A stretch of DNA of 64,000 nucleotides, from NCBI GenBank assembly GCA_965237525.1, contig CBDEFO010000006.1, positions 32,001-96,000 of the forward strand, in the 5' to 3' direction. This DNA comes from Candidatus Latescibacterota bacterium (GTDB lineage Bacteria; Latescibacterota; CBDEFO01). The position numbers and the translations under genes were made by a program. Shown piece by piece: positions 9,878 through 18,832 of this stretch. Every line of letters starts with the position of its first letter. Position 1 is the stretch's first letter. The notes beneath the pieces were generated by a model, which saw only the letters and a program-made list of their open reading frames with translations, searched no databases and was not told the origin of the DNA.

Positions 9878-10987
9878 TTACGATCTACTGTAGAACGGGA
9901 GTGCCACCACCTGCGCCCTTTTCTCTGTCCCATCTATGGATATAAGAAGTTCATTTCCAGGATCGGTGTACTTCCTGTGGACGTATCCGAGGGCCACGGT
10001 CTTTTCGAGCAGAGGGGAGAAAATTGCGCTGGTTATGACGCCGACCTGTTTGTCGTCTTTGAATAGCTGTTCTCCCTTTACAGGAGGCAGATCGCACTCT
10101 ATCTCCAGGCCTACTATGTGCTTGTTGACCCTGCCTCTATATTTGATCATAGCAATCGTTTCCTGACCGACGTAGCAGCCGCTTCCGTCCGGACTTGTGA
10201 GCTGCTTTTCGTAGTTTATGGCCCTTTCCTCAAGGCCGGCTTCAGGGGGCATTATGTTCTCGTCCATGTCCGGACCATATTTAGGTATGCCCGCCTCTAT
10301 TCTGAGAGCGTCCAGGGCCTCCAGACCGACGGGAGTTGCGTCGCTATGGCCATCTTTACAGAGGGCATTCCAAAGCGGCTCCAACGAATCTACCGGAGCA
10401 AAGATATGGTAGCCGATCTCTCCCGTATAGATCGTCCGCGCGATAGTAAGTTCCCAATCTCCAAACTCGGCCGCTGCATAGTGATTCTCCCCAAGGTCGG
10501 GAAGTTGCATGTTAAGCACTGCACTAATAAGCTCTGTGGATTGTGGACCTTGCACGCATATAGTTCCCAATTGTTCTGTTACGTCCTCCATGTGCACATC
10601 GTCTGCGATTATGTACTTATCCAGGTTTTGATACGCCTTCTCTCTGTTTTGAGGTTCCACATCTACAAGCAAAGAGTCCTGGAAGCAATAGACGTTCATA
10701 TCGAAGATCATCTTTCCGTTGTGCGTGAGCATAGCGGCGTAGGCCCCCATTCCTTCCTCAAGGACGTACACGTCGTTCGTGACCATCCTGTTGAGGAACA
10801 CCTTCCTGTCCTCCCCCGTCATTCTGATCTGGGCTCTGTGTCCCACATCCGCAATCCCTACACCACTTCTGACTTTAAGATGCTCCCCACGGAAATCTCC
10901 GTAGTGGGAAGGCATCTCCCAGCCTTCGTAATCGGCAAATACCGCGCCAAGTCGTGCATGTATGCTATATATTGGAGATCTGAACAT
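9878..10987 (-). CDS. GcvT/YgfZ-family folate-binding protein
   Basis: GcvT-like N-terminus, LRIEAG, GCYVGQE signature. Confidence 0.88.
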   Translation of the reverse strand: MFRSPIYSIHARLGAVFADYEGWEMPSHYGDFRGEHLKVRSGVGIADVGHRAQIRMTGEDRKVFLNRMVTNDVYVLEEGMGAYAAMLTHNGKMIFDMNVYCFQDSLLVDVEPQNREKAYQNLDKYIIADDVHMEDVTEQLGTICVQGPQSTELISAVLNMQLPDLGENHYAAAEFGDWELTIARTIYTGEIGYHIFAPVDSLEPLWNALCKDGHSDATPVGLEALDALRIEAGIPKYGPDMDENIMPPEAGLEERAINYEKQLTSPDGSGCYVGQETIAMIKYRGRVNKHIVGLEIECDLPPVKGEQLFKDDKQVGVITSAIFSPLLEKTVALGYVHRKYTDPGNELLISIDGTEKRAQVVALPFYSRS

Positions 10988-11010
10988 GACTGTTCTTCCG
11001 TCATAATCAA

Positions 11011-11270
11011 GTAGACAGCATGCAAGGAGATTGCTTCGGGGCTTTGCGCCCCTTGCAATGAAAAAGGGCCGAAGCCAAACAATGTCATTGCGGTGAGCCG
11101 AAGTCCAGAGCGAAGCGATCCCAGATTGAATCTATCGGAGGCAGCGAAGCAATCTTGTAGGGGCGAGGTTCCCTCGCCCAAGAGCTGGGTCACCCAGCCC
11201 CTACATTCAAGGAGTGGGCAGCGCTACCCCGTCTATCCCCGACTGAACCTATCGGGGACTACTGTCTACT
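11011..11270. repeat. Composite palindromic repeat cluster
   Basis: GAGATTGCTTCG..GCAATG, GTCATTGCG..GAAGCAATCT, GTAGGGGCGAGG..CCCCTAC, CCCCGACTGAACCTATCGGGG. Confidence 0.85.
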
Positions 11271-12991
11271 GTATTTCTATTGGTTATAGGTAGCCTTCTG
11301 TCCTTTCCGAACGCCCTCGGAGTTATCTTTATGCCAGGCGGGGCCTGCCGGCGCTTGTACTCGTTTCTGTCCACCATCTCGATAACCCGCTTTACAACCG
11401 CCTCATCGAAGCCGAGCGATACTATCTCCTGAAGGCTCCTGTCCTGTTCCACATAGGCCTCAAGTATAGGGTCGAGCGTGGAATAAGGCGGCAGACTGTC
11501 CACATCCCTTTGGTCCGGTTTCAACTCAGCGGACGGCTCCCTTTTTATTACGCTTTTCGGTATAATCTCTATCCCCTCTTTTGAGTTCCTGTATTCTGAG
11601 AGTTCATAGACGAGAGTCTTATATATGTCCTTTATGACTGAAAAGCCACCGGCCATATCCCCGTAGAGCGTCGCGTAGCCGACACCGGTTTCACTCTTAT
11701 TGCCCGTCACAAGGACGAGCCATCCGAATTTGTTAGAGAGCGCCATAAGTAGGTTGCCGCGTATGCGCGCTTGAATATTTTCCTCCGCAACGCCGGGTTC
11801 CAAGCCTCTAAACTCTTCCTCAAGCGTCTTTATGTAAGTTTCAAAGATAGCGTCTATCCGGAGAGTTATAAGCTGTATCTCGAGGTTTTTCACCAGTTTG
11901 ACGGAGTCAGATTTAGTGCCCTCAGATGAATAGACCGACGGCATAGTCACTCCGACCACGTTTTCGGGGCCAAGAGCGTCCACAGCTATGACTGCCGCAA
12001 GCGATGAATCTATCCCTCCGCTCAAGCCTACAAGGACCCTTTCACACCTGTTCTTCTTCACATAGTCTCTAACACCGAGCACAAGGGCGTTGTATATCTC
12101 CTCAAGCCTGCTGTTGGACTCTACATTCCTTTCGGGTAGTGGAGGCTTGTCAACCCTAAGCTCTATGGGGGAAAGTTCTATTCTCCTCAAAGTGTCCTTC
12201 AGGGACTCCTTTTCGCCTCTGCGTCGAGGGTCGTGAAGCCTCTGTCGGAAGACAGCGTCCGCATCCAGGTCTGCTACGATCAGATCCTCTTCAAACTGCT
12301 TTCCCCTTGCGATGAGTTCCCCACTCTCGTCGAAGATAAGGCTCCCTCCGTCGAAGACGAGCTCGTCCTGTCCGCCGACTAAATTGACCATTGCCACTAT
12401 GGCCGTGTTGTCGAAGGCTCTTGTGGAGAGCATCCTCTCTCTGAGTGAGCCCTTCCCAGCGTGGTACGGTGAGGATGAGATGTTGATTATGATCTCTGCG
12501 TCTCCAGCAAGGGCCTGCACCTTGGTGGGGCCTCCCGGATACCATATATCTTCACAGATGTTCACTCCAACAGTCATATCGTTAACTGCAAAGACGACGG
12601 ATTCTGAGCCGGGCTGGAAGTATCTGTTCTCGTCGAAGACGCCGTAATTGGGAAGGTAGGATTTGTGATATACTCCACAGAGCTTTCCGTTACAGATTAC
12701 GGCCGCGGCGTTGTATACGTCGTCTGCCCTATCCGCGAATCCGACTATGCAGATAATGGAACTGGAGGCTTCGACTATCTCCTCGAGACAGCGCAGGTTA
12801 GCTTCTATGAATTCGGGCTTGAAGAGCAGATCTTCAGGGGGATATCCAGCTATGGCAAGTTCGGGAAAAGCTACAATGTCCGCGCCGACCTTTCTTGAGC
12901 GCTCAAGATAGTCCAATATCCTCTTCTTATTCCCGACAAGATCCCCGACAGTGGGGTTTATCTGGGCCAATGCAAGCCTTAAAGTTCGCAT
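11249..12991 (-). CDS. nadE: Glutamine-dependent NAD+ synthetase
   Basis: Nitrilase-like domain (FPEL, ICEDIW) plus GLSGGIDS, NIQARIR, TGNKSE, EYKRRQAP. Confidence 0.96.
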   Translation of the reverse strand: MRTLRLALAQINPTVGDLVGNKKRILDYLERSRKVGADIVAFPELAIAGYPPEDLLFKPEFIEANLRCLEEIVEASSSIICIVGFADRADDVYNAAAVICNGKLCGVYHKSYLPNYGVFDENRYFQPGSESVVFAVNDMTVGVNICEDIWYPGGPTKVQALAGDAEIIINISSSPYHAGKGSLRERMLSTRAFDNTAIVAMVNLVGGQDELVFDGGSLIFDESGELIARGKQFEEDLIVADLDADAVFRQRLHDPRRRGEKESLKDTLRRIELSPIELRVDKPPLPERNVESNSRLEEIYNALVLGVRDYVKKNRCERVLVGLSGGIDSSLAAVIAVDALGPENVVGVTMPSVYSSEGTKSDSVKLVKNLEIQLITLRIDAIFETYIKTLEEEFRGLEPGVAEENIQARIRGNLLMALSNKFGWLVLVTGNKSETGVGYATLYGDMAGGFSVIKDIYKTLVYELSEYRNSKEGIEIIPKSVIKREPSAELKPDQRDVDSLPPYSTLDPILEAYVEQDRSLQEIVSLGFDEAVVKRVIEMVDRNEYKRRQAPPGIKITPRAFGKDRRLPITNRNTVDSSPR

Positions 12992-13067
12992 AGTCCCTGC
13001 CAAGGTTTAAAGCCGTCGAGTCCTAGGTTTGAGCTTACGTAAAGAATACCCGTTTAGATAATTCCTA

Positions 13068-13367
13068 TCAGAAGGTCCATTTCTGTTCCCGAAATAGCTG
13101 TAACATATTCAGCCATTGCATACCCAAAGCATTGCAAACATCCGGTATATGCGGTCTATTCGGACGATTAGTTGGTCTTTCACCGGTAATTACCTTACAT
13201 TCCTCAACCTGGGCCAGAGCAATTACAAAGGGATCAGCACCGGAGCGACTCTTTCGCTCGTCGATTAGTTTTTCGTGATTTCGAAGAATGTTCGAGACAG
13301 CGCGTTGGATCTCCTCATTGGTTGGGACCAACATATGTTCACGTTCCTTCACCCACTCGCAAACCTC
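13068..13367 (-). pseudogene. DUF4411 (PIN-like) protein, C-terminal part
   Basis: SGADPFVIALA..VITGE..HIPDVC; N-terminal part lies at 15547-15669. Confidence 0.8.
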
Positions 13368-13487
13368 GCGCCCCGTCAAGCAGAAACGATCGCAGCGAAT
13401 TCCTGCTTGACGTTTCAGTGCCTCTGAACCGCGACAGCGGTTGGGCTAAGGCGCGAAGCGCGGAAGCCGTGCATAGTCCTGTTATGA
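13368..13487 (-). mobile_element. Long attC-like site downstream of the HEPN gene (truncated)
   Basis: Minus strand starts TCATAAC; contains hairpin GTCAAGCAGGAA..TTTCTGCTTGAC followed by GGGGCGC. Confidence 0.6.
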
Positions 13488-13551
13488 TACGTTCAGCCCA
13501 CACCGAGCTTGGCAGGAAGGGAAACTCGGTGACTTGGTGCTTCTGCCTTTC

Positions 13552-14022
13552 TTAATTCGGGTCAAGTAAGTTAGCAAGCTTGCTTATGATATCTCGGATG
13601 TGGGCATAGTAATCCCGGATTTGATTGAATGAAACAGCTACAGGATTTCCATGAGCAATTTGATTCCTTAAGTCAACAACGCTATTCAGGGCGGCTTCTC
13701 GTTCATCAGTAACAAAAGCTTCGATTTGGGTGCGCCAATCAGTATCAAAGTTACCCATAAGCTGCAGCAGGCTCTCCTTATTGACATTCGCGAGTCTTTT
13801 TATTCTAGATTCAACGTATCTCTGGACATTCGGTGAGGAAGTCGTTCGGCAATAAGCAAGAACTAACGCCACTACCGCCTTTTCAACATAGCCAGAGACC
13901 AAAATGCACAGATAGCGAGCGAAATCCGCCCGTATTTCCAAATCTGCGCCGAGCTGATCTACCCGAGAAAAGGTTCTATCTAAGCGCTGTTCAAGTCTTG
14001 TTATAGCAAATCGTCCGTTCAT
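13552..14022 (-). CDS. HEPN domain protein (RiboL-PSP/MAE-type), putative RNase
   Basis: R-x4-H motif RNQIAH; 4-nt overlap with the DUF262 gene. Confidence 0.8.
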   Translation of the reverse strand: MNGRFAITRLEQRLDRTFSRVDQLGADLEIRADFARYLCILVSGYVEKAVVALVLAYCRTTSSPNVQRYVESRIKRLANVNKESLLQLMGNFDTDWRTQIEAFVTDEREAALNSVVDLRNQIAHGNPVAVSFNQIRDYYAHIRDIISKLANLLDPN

Positions 14023-15161
14023 TTCACGCTGGCGAAAACTGACTCAGCTTTACTAAGACGAACTCGGACGCTCTCCTCGTTGGCTGTCGCGCGTTGTATT
14101 GCTGACTGAAAGTCAGAATCATCAAGAAGTTTATTATATGCCTGGTTTAGTTGGCTTATATCTTTAGGAGGTTCCCCTTTAAGTACCCTTTTGGCGACAC
14201 CTGACATTACAGCATCCAGAATTGCTGCGTTCACGGCTCGTTGAGGTTTGAATGCTTTAGGTCCAATCCCCTCTGCAACTGCCTCGATAGTCGATGTAAA
14301 CGTATGAACTAACTGATGCTTGCTCTGTACTTGTAGGTCCATGTTCGAAGCCATATAGCGATTCAGAAACACTTTCATAGGACTACTGTAATTGTCTCCA
14401 GAATATAGGAGAGCAAAAAAGCGGAGAATTAACTCCAAGTCTTTCAGTCGCCGAGATTTTGGCCCGTAGAGCTTCCTCCAAGTGGGATTTTCATTGAGGT
14501 CAGTTAGTACACGTACGAATTCGCCATGGTAGAGGGCAACTCGAATCTCCTGCGGCTGTAGGATCGTGCCTCCCGAGTTTAGCCGTTCAAAGATGAGATA
14601 TATACTACTTTGATCTTCCGAGGGTTCCTCCTGTCGAACTATAGTCGCATGTATAATGCTATTATCTAGCCGCCTGCGATCTTCCGGATCTAAGTCCTTA
14701 TACCGAAGGCTTTGAAATCTCTTCTGAACTTTTTCCAGCTTAAATTCCCGCTGCTGTAATACCCCCTCGTAAAATCCCTGGAGGGTTTTTAGGCGTTGGT
14801 GACCATCTAAGACTAGGAGTACGCCACTCGGGGTTTTGACTAGAAAAATCCCAGGAACGGGAAGGCCAAGAAGTAGGGACTCAATAAATCTATCCGATTG
14901 GGATTTAGTCCAAACAAATTCACGCTGAAAGCCTATGACCTCTACCTCATTATTATTAGGGTCCCAGTTAAAGACTGGTACGACGATATCTCCTGTTTGT
15001 ATACGCTTCACCAAGCCATCTACAGGGTAATCCGCTCCATACGAAGTAATTTCGAAAGTAAAGGGTATTACTGCGTCATCTTCACTTAGGTCAAGAACTT
15101 CGCTATTCTCAACGAATACGAGTTCATCACTTTGCGCTGATTTCTTTTTTATAGAACTCAC
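14019..15161 (-). CDS. DUF262 (ParB/GmrS-like) domain protein
   Basis: FQREFVW, FIESLLLGLPVP, LDGHQRL, IFERLNSGG; AGGAGG before GTG. Confidence 0.88.
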   Translation of the reverse strand: MSSIKKKSAQSDELVFVENSEVLDLSEDDAVIPFTFEITSYGADYPVDGLVKRIQTGDIVVPVFNWDPNNNEVEVIGFQREFVWTKSQSDRFIESLLLGLPVPGIFLVKTPSGVLLVLDGHQRLKTLQGFYEGVLQQREFKLEKVQKRFQSLRYKDLDPEDRRRLDNSIIHATIVRQEEPSEDQSSIYLIFERLNSGGTILQPQEIRVALYHGEFVRVLTDLNENPTWRKLYGPKSRRLKDLELILRFFALLYSGDNYSSPMKVFLNRYMASNMDLQVQSKHQLVHTFTSTIEAVAEGIGPKAFKPQRAVNAAILDAVMSGVAKRVLKGEPPKDISQLNQAYNKLLDDSDFQSAIQRATANEESVRVRLSKAESVFASVK

Positions 15162-15259
15162 CGGGATGCCTCCTATTTACTGTCTGTAGAGCGCTCATTC
15201 CTCCGTATAAATCTCAAATTGTGCGGCCAGGGATGGCCGCTTCTAGGGGGTGTATGTTC

Positions 15260-15342
15260 TCATAACGGGGCGCCGCCGCAGATAGGCTAAAGTTTGCTGC
15301 GCCCCGATAAGCAGAAACGAGCGCAACGAATTTCTGCTTATC
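15260..15342 (-). mobile_element. attC-like site upstream of DUF262 (3' half)
   Basis: Hairpin GATAAGCAGAAA..TTTCTGCTTATC, GGGGCGC..GCGCCCC, ends GTTATGA. Confidence 0.6.
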
Positions 15343-15546
15343 TTGTTTATATCCGAACTATTTCTCATATCTTTCCATCTCGGTGTGATATCCGAAGTTC
15401 CCATATACATCCCTCTGAGTGAAAGACCAACATTGCTTTGTTTTCCCTTCATTTTTCGGCTTCTTGCTCTTCAAATAACCTATCAAGTGCACTTTTTACA
15501 GATGCAAGGTTTCTTATGCTTACATGCGTATAAATCTCAGTAGTCT

Positions 15547-15669
15547 TGCAATTAAAACTCCCTGATCAATCAATCCATCTATCTTATTCCACACGGGAGG
15601 GAAAACATCTGGAGGATAATACCTTCTCCATCCGTCCAGAATTGCGCTCGTATCAATGCTGTACTTCAA
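15547..15669 (-). pseudogene. DUF4411 protein, N-terminal part
   Basis: TTG start overlaps the upstream stop; (M)KYSIDTSAILDGWRRYYPPDVFPPVWNKIDGLIDQGVLIA. Confidence 0.8.
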
Positions 15670-16874
15670 ATAAGGGCTCCAAATTCAATTGAATGTCCCA
15701 TTACTTCGCTCTGGATTTTCCCCACGTGTTTAAGTTTAATGTTAAGGAAATCAGAAAGATCACTGGCAGTGATATTCTCTTCGTAGTAGTTATTCAATAC
15801 TAGGCGAATAAACAATCGCCCTTCATTGCTGATCACCTTGCGGTAATAGAGCGGATAGCCTTCCTGAGGCTCTGCTTTACTTTTCTTATATTCTTCATCA
15901 AGTTCTTTTTTCTTTTTCCGATAACAATCTTGGGTTGTGAGGTTGAAAATCAATAGCCGACCAAGTATAACTTCGCGACTAACTCCATACGTTTTGGCCA
16001 ACTCTGAGATCTCATCGTCCGACCACTCGGCTATTGGCCCATGCTGCAACACAAGATCTTCCTTCAGAAGGTCATCCTTCGGTACTAGAATTGCCCCTGC
16101 TACTCTGTTGCAGAACACTTCTACGAACTTTCGTTCAGGTAGATATTCTGGCTCATCTTCTAAGTTGCACAATCCTCCATCCTGCAGCATGATGTGAACA
16201 AATTCGTGAAGAATTGTAAAGATGCGTCCATAAGTTGAATCTTTACTATTCATTACTACTGCGGGTAAGTGAGTTTCACTAATGGAGAAGCCTCTCATTT
16301 CGGACAGATCGACATCAGTTGCCTGGAAGACAAGTACCATTAACTCTTCTAGAGACGATCTCCAAAAGTTTAAAGCATCATAGCCATCTCGCAACTTAGT
16401 TTGATTTTCATAAGTAACGCCAAGAAATTCGCGGATACGCATTGACAGTCTTTCGGGGTCGTCTGAAATACGGGCTTTCGCGGAAAACTGAGGCAACGCA
16501 CCCTCTAACTCCTCGTACAACTCAACTGCTATTTCTCTGCGTTCGTGTGCGCGACGAATTTCTAATCGAAGCTGCGGTGATTCAGAGCCCGCGACTTATC
16601 CGGGGAGGCGACGGAAATCTTTCATCGGTTGGAAGTCTTTGGGAGGCTCTGGTAGGTAGAATACAGCTATTGGTCGCTTGTAGGCATTTCCCAACTTGCG
16701 AAGTTGCTTTACCGTGGGACGTACCGTGGGACGCCCCTTGCCCGATTCCCAGCTTTCGAGACGCCCTGGTCCTACTTGCACCTTCTTCGCCGCTTGATCT
16801 AGACTTAAACCCGCGCTTGTTCTCGCCCAAACTAGCAATTCAGGCTGTACCATAGCTTCTACACGTTTTGCCAT
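15666..16874 (-). pseudogene. XRE HTH - ImmA/IrrE metallopeptidase with in-frame TAA
   Basis: HTH (LLVWAR..WESG) then DFRRLPG*VAGSESPQLR in frame with the HEFVH-containing ORF; stop at 16596-16598. Confidence 0.85.
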
Positions 16875-16946
16875 TGGGATCCTCAAGATTATACCACCAT
16901 CGAACGATGAATCCTAACACCTTCTCCGGTAGCGTTCTCTATCAAG

Positions 16947-16975
16947 ATTATACGCCATGCCAGAAGGTTTGTCAA
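16947..16975 (-). promoter_or_regulatory. Consensus sigma70 promoter of the XRE-IrrE operon
   Basis: TTGACA-17 nt-TATAAT; a second extended -10 TGGTATAAT at ~16888-16896. Confidence 0.75.
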
Positions 16976-17097
16976 TGGTATTTTGGAACTCGTTTTTCAA
17001 AAGAAGGAGGGGACGAAAGCAGAGTCGTCCCCTCTACGCGATATATGCCTCTTACCGAATAGGATAAAGCTTCCAAGCGTCCCAGACGAGTTGAGAA

Positions 17098-17733
17098 TCA
17101 TAACTTGCGCATAAGACCGATGACCTTTCCAGCTATCCTGAACCCCCTGGAGTTCTTGTTGACCACTATGGGTTCGTATTTCTTCTTTCTGTTTTCAGAC
17201 AGCAGGCGGATGAGGAACTTTTCGGGCTGGTAACGCTTGACTGTGGCTTCTTCTCCCACTATGGCGACTACTATGTCGCCTTTGTCGGCGGATTCTTGCT
17301 GTCGGGTAAGGACGTAGTCTCCATCGAAGATGCCGATGTCCTCCATGCTGTCTCCCTGAACTGTTAAAGCGAAGACGTTATCGCCATCTGAGGAGACAAA
17401 GCTCCTATCTACAGCCAGCGTACCTTCGATGTTCTCGACAGCAAGTATGGGCTCTCCTGCGGCAACCTTTCCAACTATCGGGATGTCCCTGACACCCTCT
17501 AGGGGAACTCTTTGTATGTAGTCGGTAAGTTCGATCCCTCTGGAAAGAAAGGGGTTGCGCTTGATGAAGCCCTTCTTTTCGATAGCAAAAAGGGTCGATC
17601 TGACGCCGTTGGTAGAGGAGATTCCAAATTGCTTCATCATGTCGCGGATCGTCGGAGGATAGCCCCTCACCTTGATCGACTCGACTATGAAGTCGTAGAA
17701 CTGCTTTTGTCTTTTAGTAAGTTCCTTTCGCAT
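17098..17733 (-). CDS. lexA: SOS repressor LexA
   Basis: LTKRQ..GYPPTIR HTH, VAAGEP cleavage site, GDSM and TVKR catalytic residues. Confidence 0.96.
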   Translation of the reverse strand: MRKELTKRQKQFYDFIVESIKVRGYPPTIRDMMKQFGISSTNGVRSTLFAIEKKGFIKRNPFLSRGIELTDYIQRVPLEGVRDIPIVGKVAAGEPILAVENIEGTLAVDRSFVSSDGDNVFALTVQGDSMEDIGIFDGDYVLTRQQESADKGDIVVAIVGEEATVKRYQPEKFLIRLLSENRKKKYEPIVVNKNSRGFRIAGKVIGLMRKL

Positions 17734-17808
17734 TTAGGACCCCCTTATCCTTGTTGCTTATTGGAATACTACAGTTGTGAACGCCTTATCTTCGACTTGT
17801 CAACTTAT

Positions 17809-17837
17809 AATATAGTGAACACCTGTTCATTTGTCAA
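17809..17837 (-). promoter_or_regulatory. lexA promoter with SOS box GAAC-N4-GTTC
   Basis: TTGACA aat GAAC aggt GTTC ac TATATT. Confidence 0.85.
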
Positions 17838-17884
17838 CTAAAATCTTTAAATAAGTGCAAAAAAATATTCCAGCCAAGACAGCA

Positions 17885-18025
17885 AGACAGTAGACAGGCG
17901 AGATTGCCTCGGGGTTTGCACCCCGCAATGACTGAGGTCAGTAGACAGTAGTCAGGGGAGGAGCAGGCATGCCCTGTATGCTGTCTACCCCCGACTGAAT
18001 CTATCGGGGGCTACTGTCTACTTGT
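17885..18025. repeat. Composite palindromic repeat cluster
   Basis: GTAGACAG units, GAGATTGCCTCG..GCAATGAC, CCCCGACTGAATCTATCGGGG. Confidence 0.8.
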
Positions 18026-18801
18026 CTGGTGGCTACGACAAAGATGAAAGCCCCTTTTCTGGACAGGCTATTGAAGAGCCGATCGAGGATTCTCCAGAAT
18101 ATATAGGGAACTTTGATGGAACGTTCTGGCAGACGGATAAGTTCCAAGAATTTGTGGGCAACGATCTCCCACTTTACGGCCGTGAGGCCGTGCCTTTTCA
18201 GATAATCTTCAAGGATCTTCTCATCGAAGGTTCTAATATGAGCGTTGGAGGGAGTAAGCTTGTTGCAGTGGATGCAAAGATGCCAGCGCAGTTTCTCTCT
18301 ATAAGGAGTGCTGACAAAGAGCCTCCCCCCCGGTTTCAAAAGTCGGCTAACCTCTTCCAACGCCGTGTCCAGGTCTTCAAGGTGCTCCACAACTTCGGAA
18401 AGGACGACAGAGTCGAAGGCCGCGCGCGTCTTGCCACAACCGTCTGGTCCTCCTTGTCCACCGCGGGCGATATAGGGGAGGTTATAGATGTCGCCTGCAG
18501 TGAAAAAGGCGATCTTTGGAAAGAGCCTTTTGGCCTTCTTCACCCCTAAGCGGGAGATGTCACAGGCGTAGACGGACGCTCCGGCCTCGGTCAACATATC
18601 AGAAAGCCATCCTGAGCCGCATCCCACTTCGAGTACGAGGTCACCTTTTTGTGGCTTGAGGATCTTGACTATTGTCAGGAGTCTGCGCTGTTCAGATTCT
18701 CTTTGTCCCGCGGGAAGATCTTCAGGAGGGACGATCTCTAGAGCGTCAAGTCTGTAGTGCTCTTTGTAGTCAGCGTAGGATAATGAACGTTCCGTCTCCA
18801 A
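18001..18801 (-). CDS. Class I SAM-dependent methyltransferase
   Basis: VLEVGCGSG, EVVEHL, LLKPGG; CIHC motif. Confidence 0.88.
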   Translation of the reverse strand: METERSLSYADYKEHYRLDALEIVPPEDLPAGQRESEQRRLLTIVKILKPQKGDLVLEVGCGSGWLSDMLTEAGASVYACDISRLGVKKAKRLFPKIAFFTAGDIYNLPYIARGGQGGPDGCGKTRAAFDSVVLSEVVEHLEDLDTALEEVSRLLKPGGRLFVSTPYREKLRWHLCIHCNKLTPSNAHIRTFDEKILEDYLKRHGLTAVKWEIVAHKFLELIRLPERSIKVPYIFWRILDRLFNSLSRKGAFIFVVATRQVDSSPR

Positions 18802-18832
18802 GCTTTTCTCTCCAGGGTCTCTGCGCTCGCTA

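Noticed and set aside
10118..11014. 298-aa plus-strand ORF and similar antisense ORFs throughout
   Set aside because: Shadow ORFs opposite well-supported genes, with no recognisable motifs
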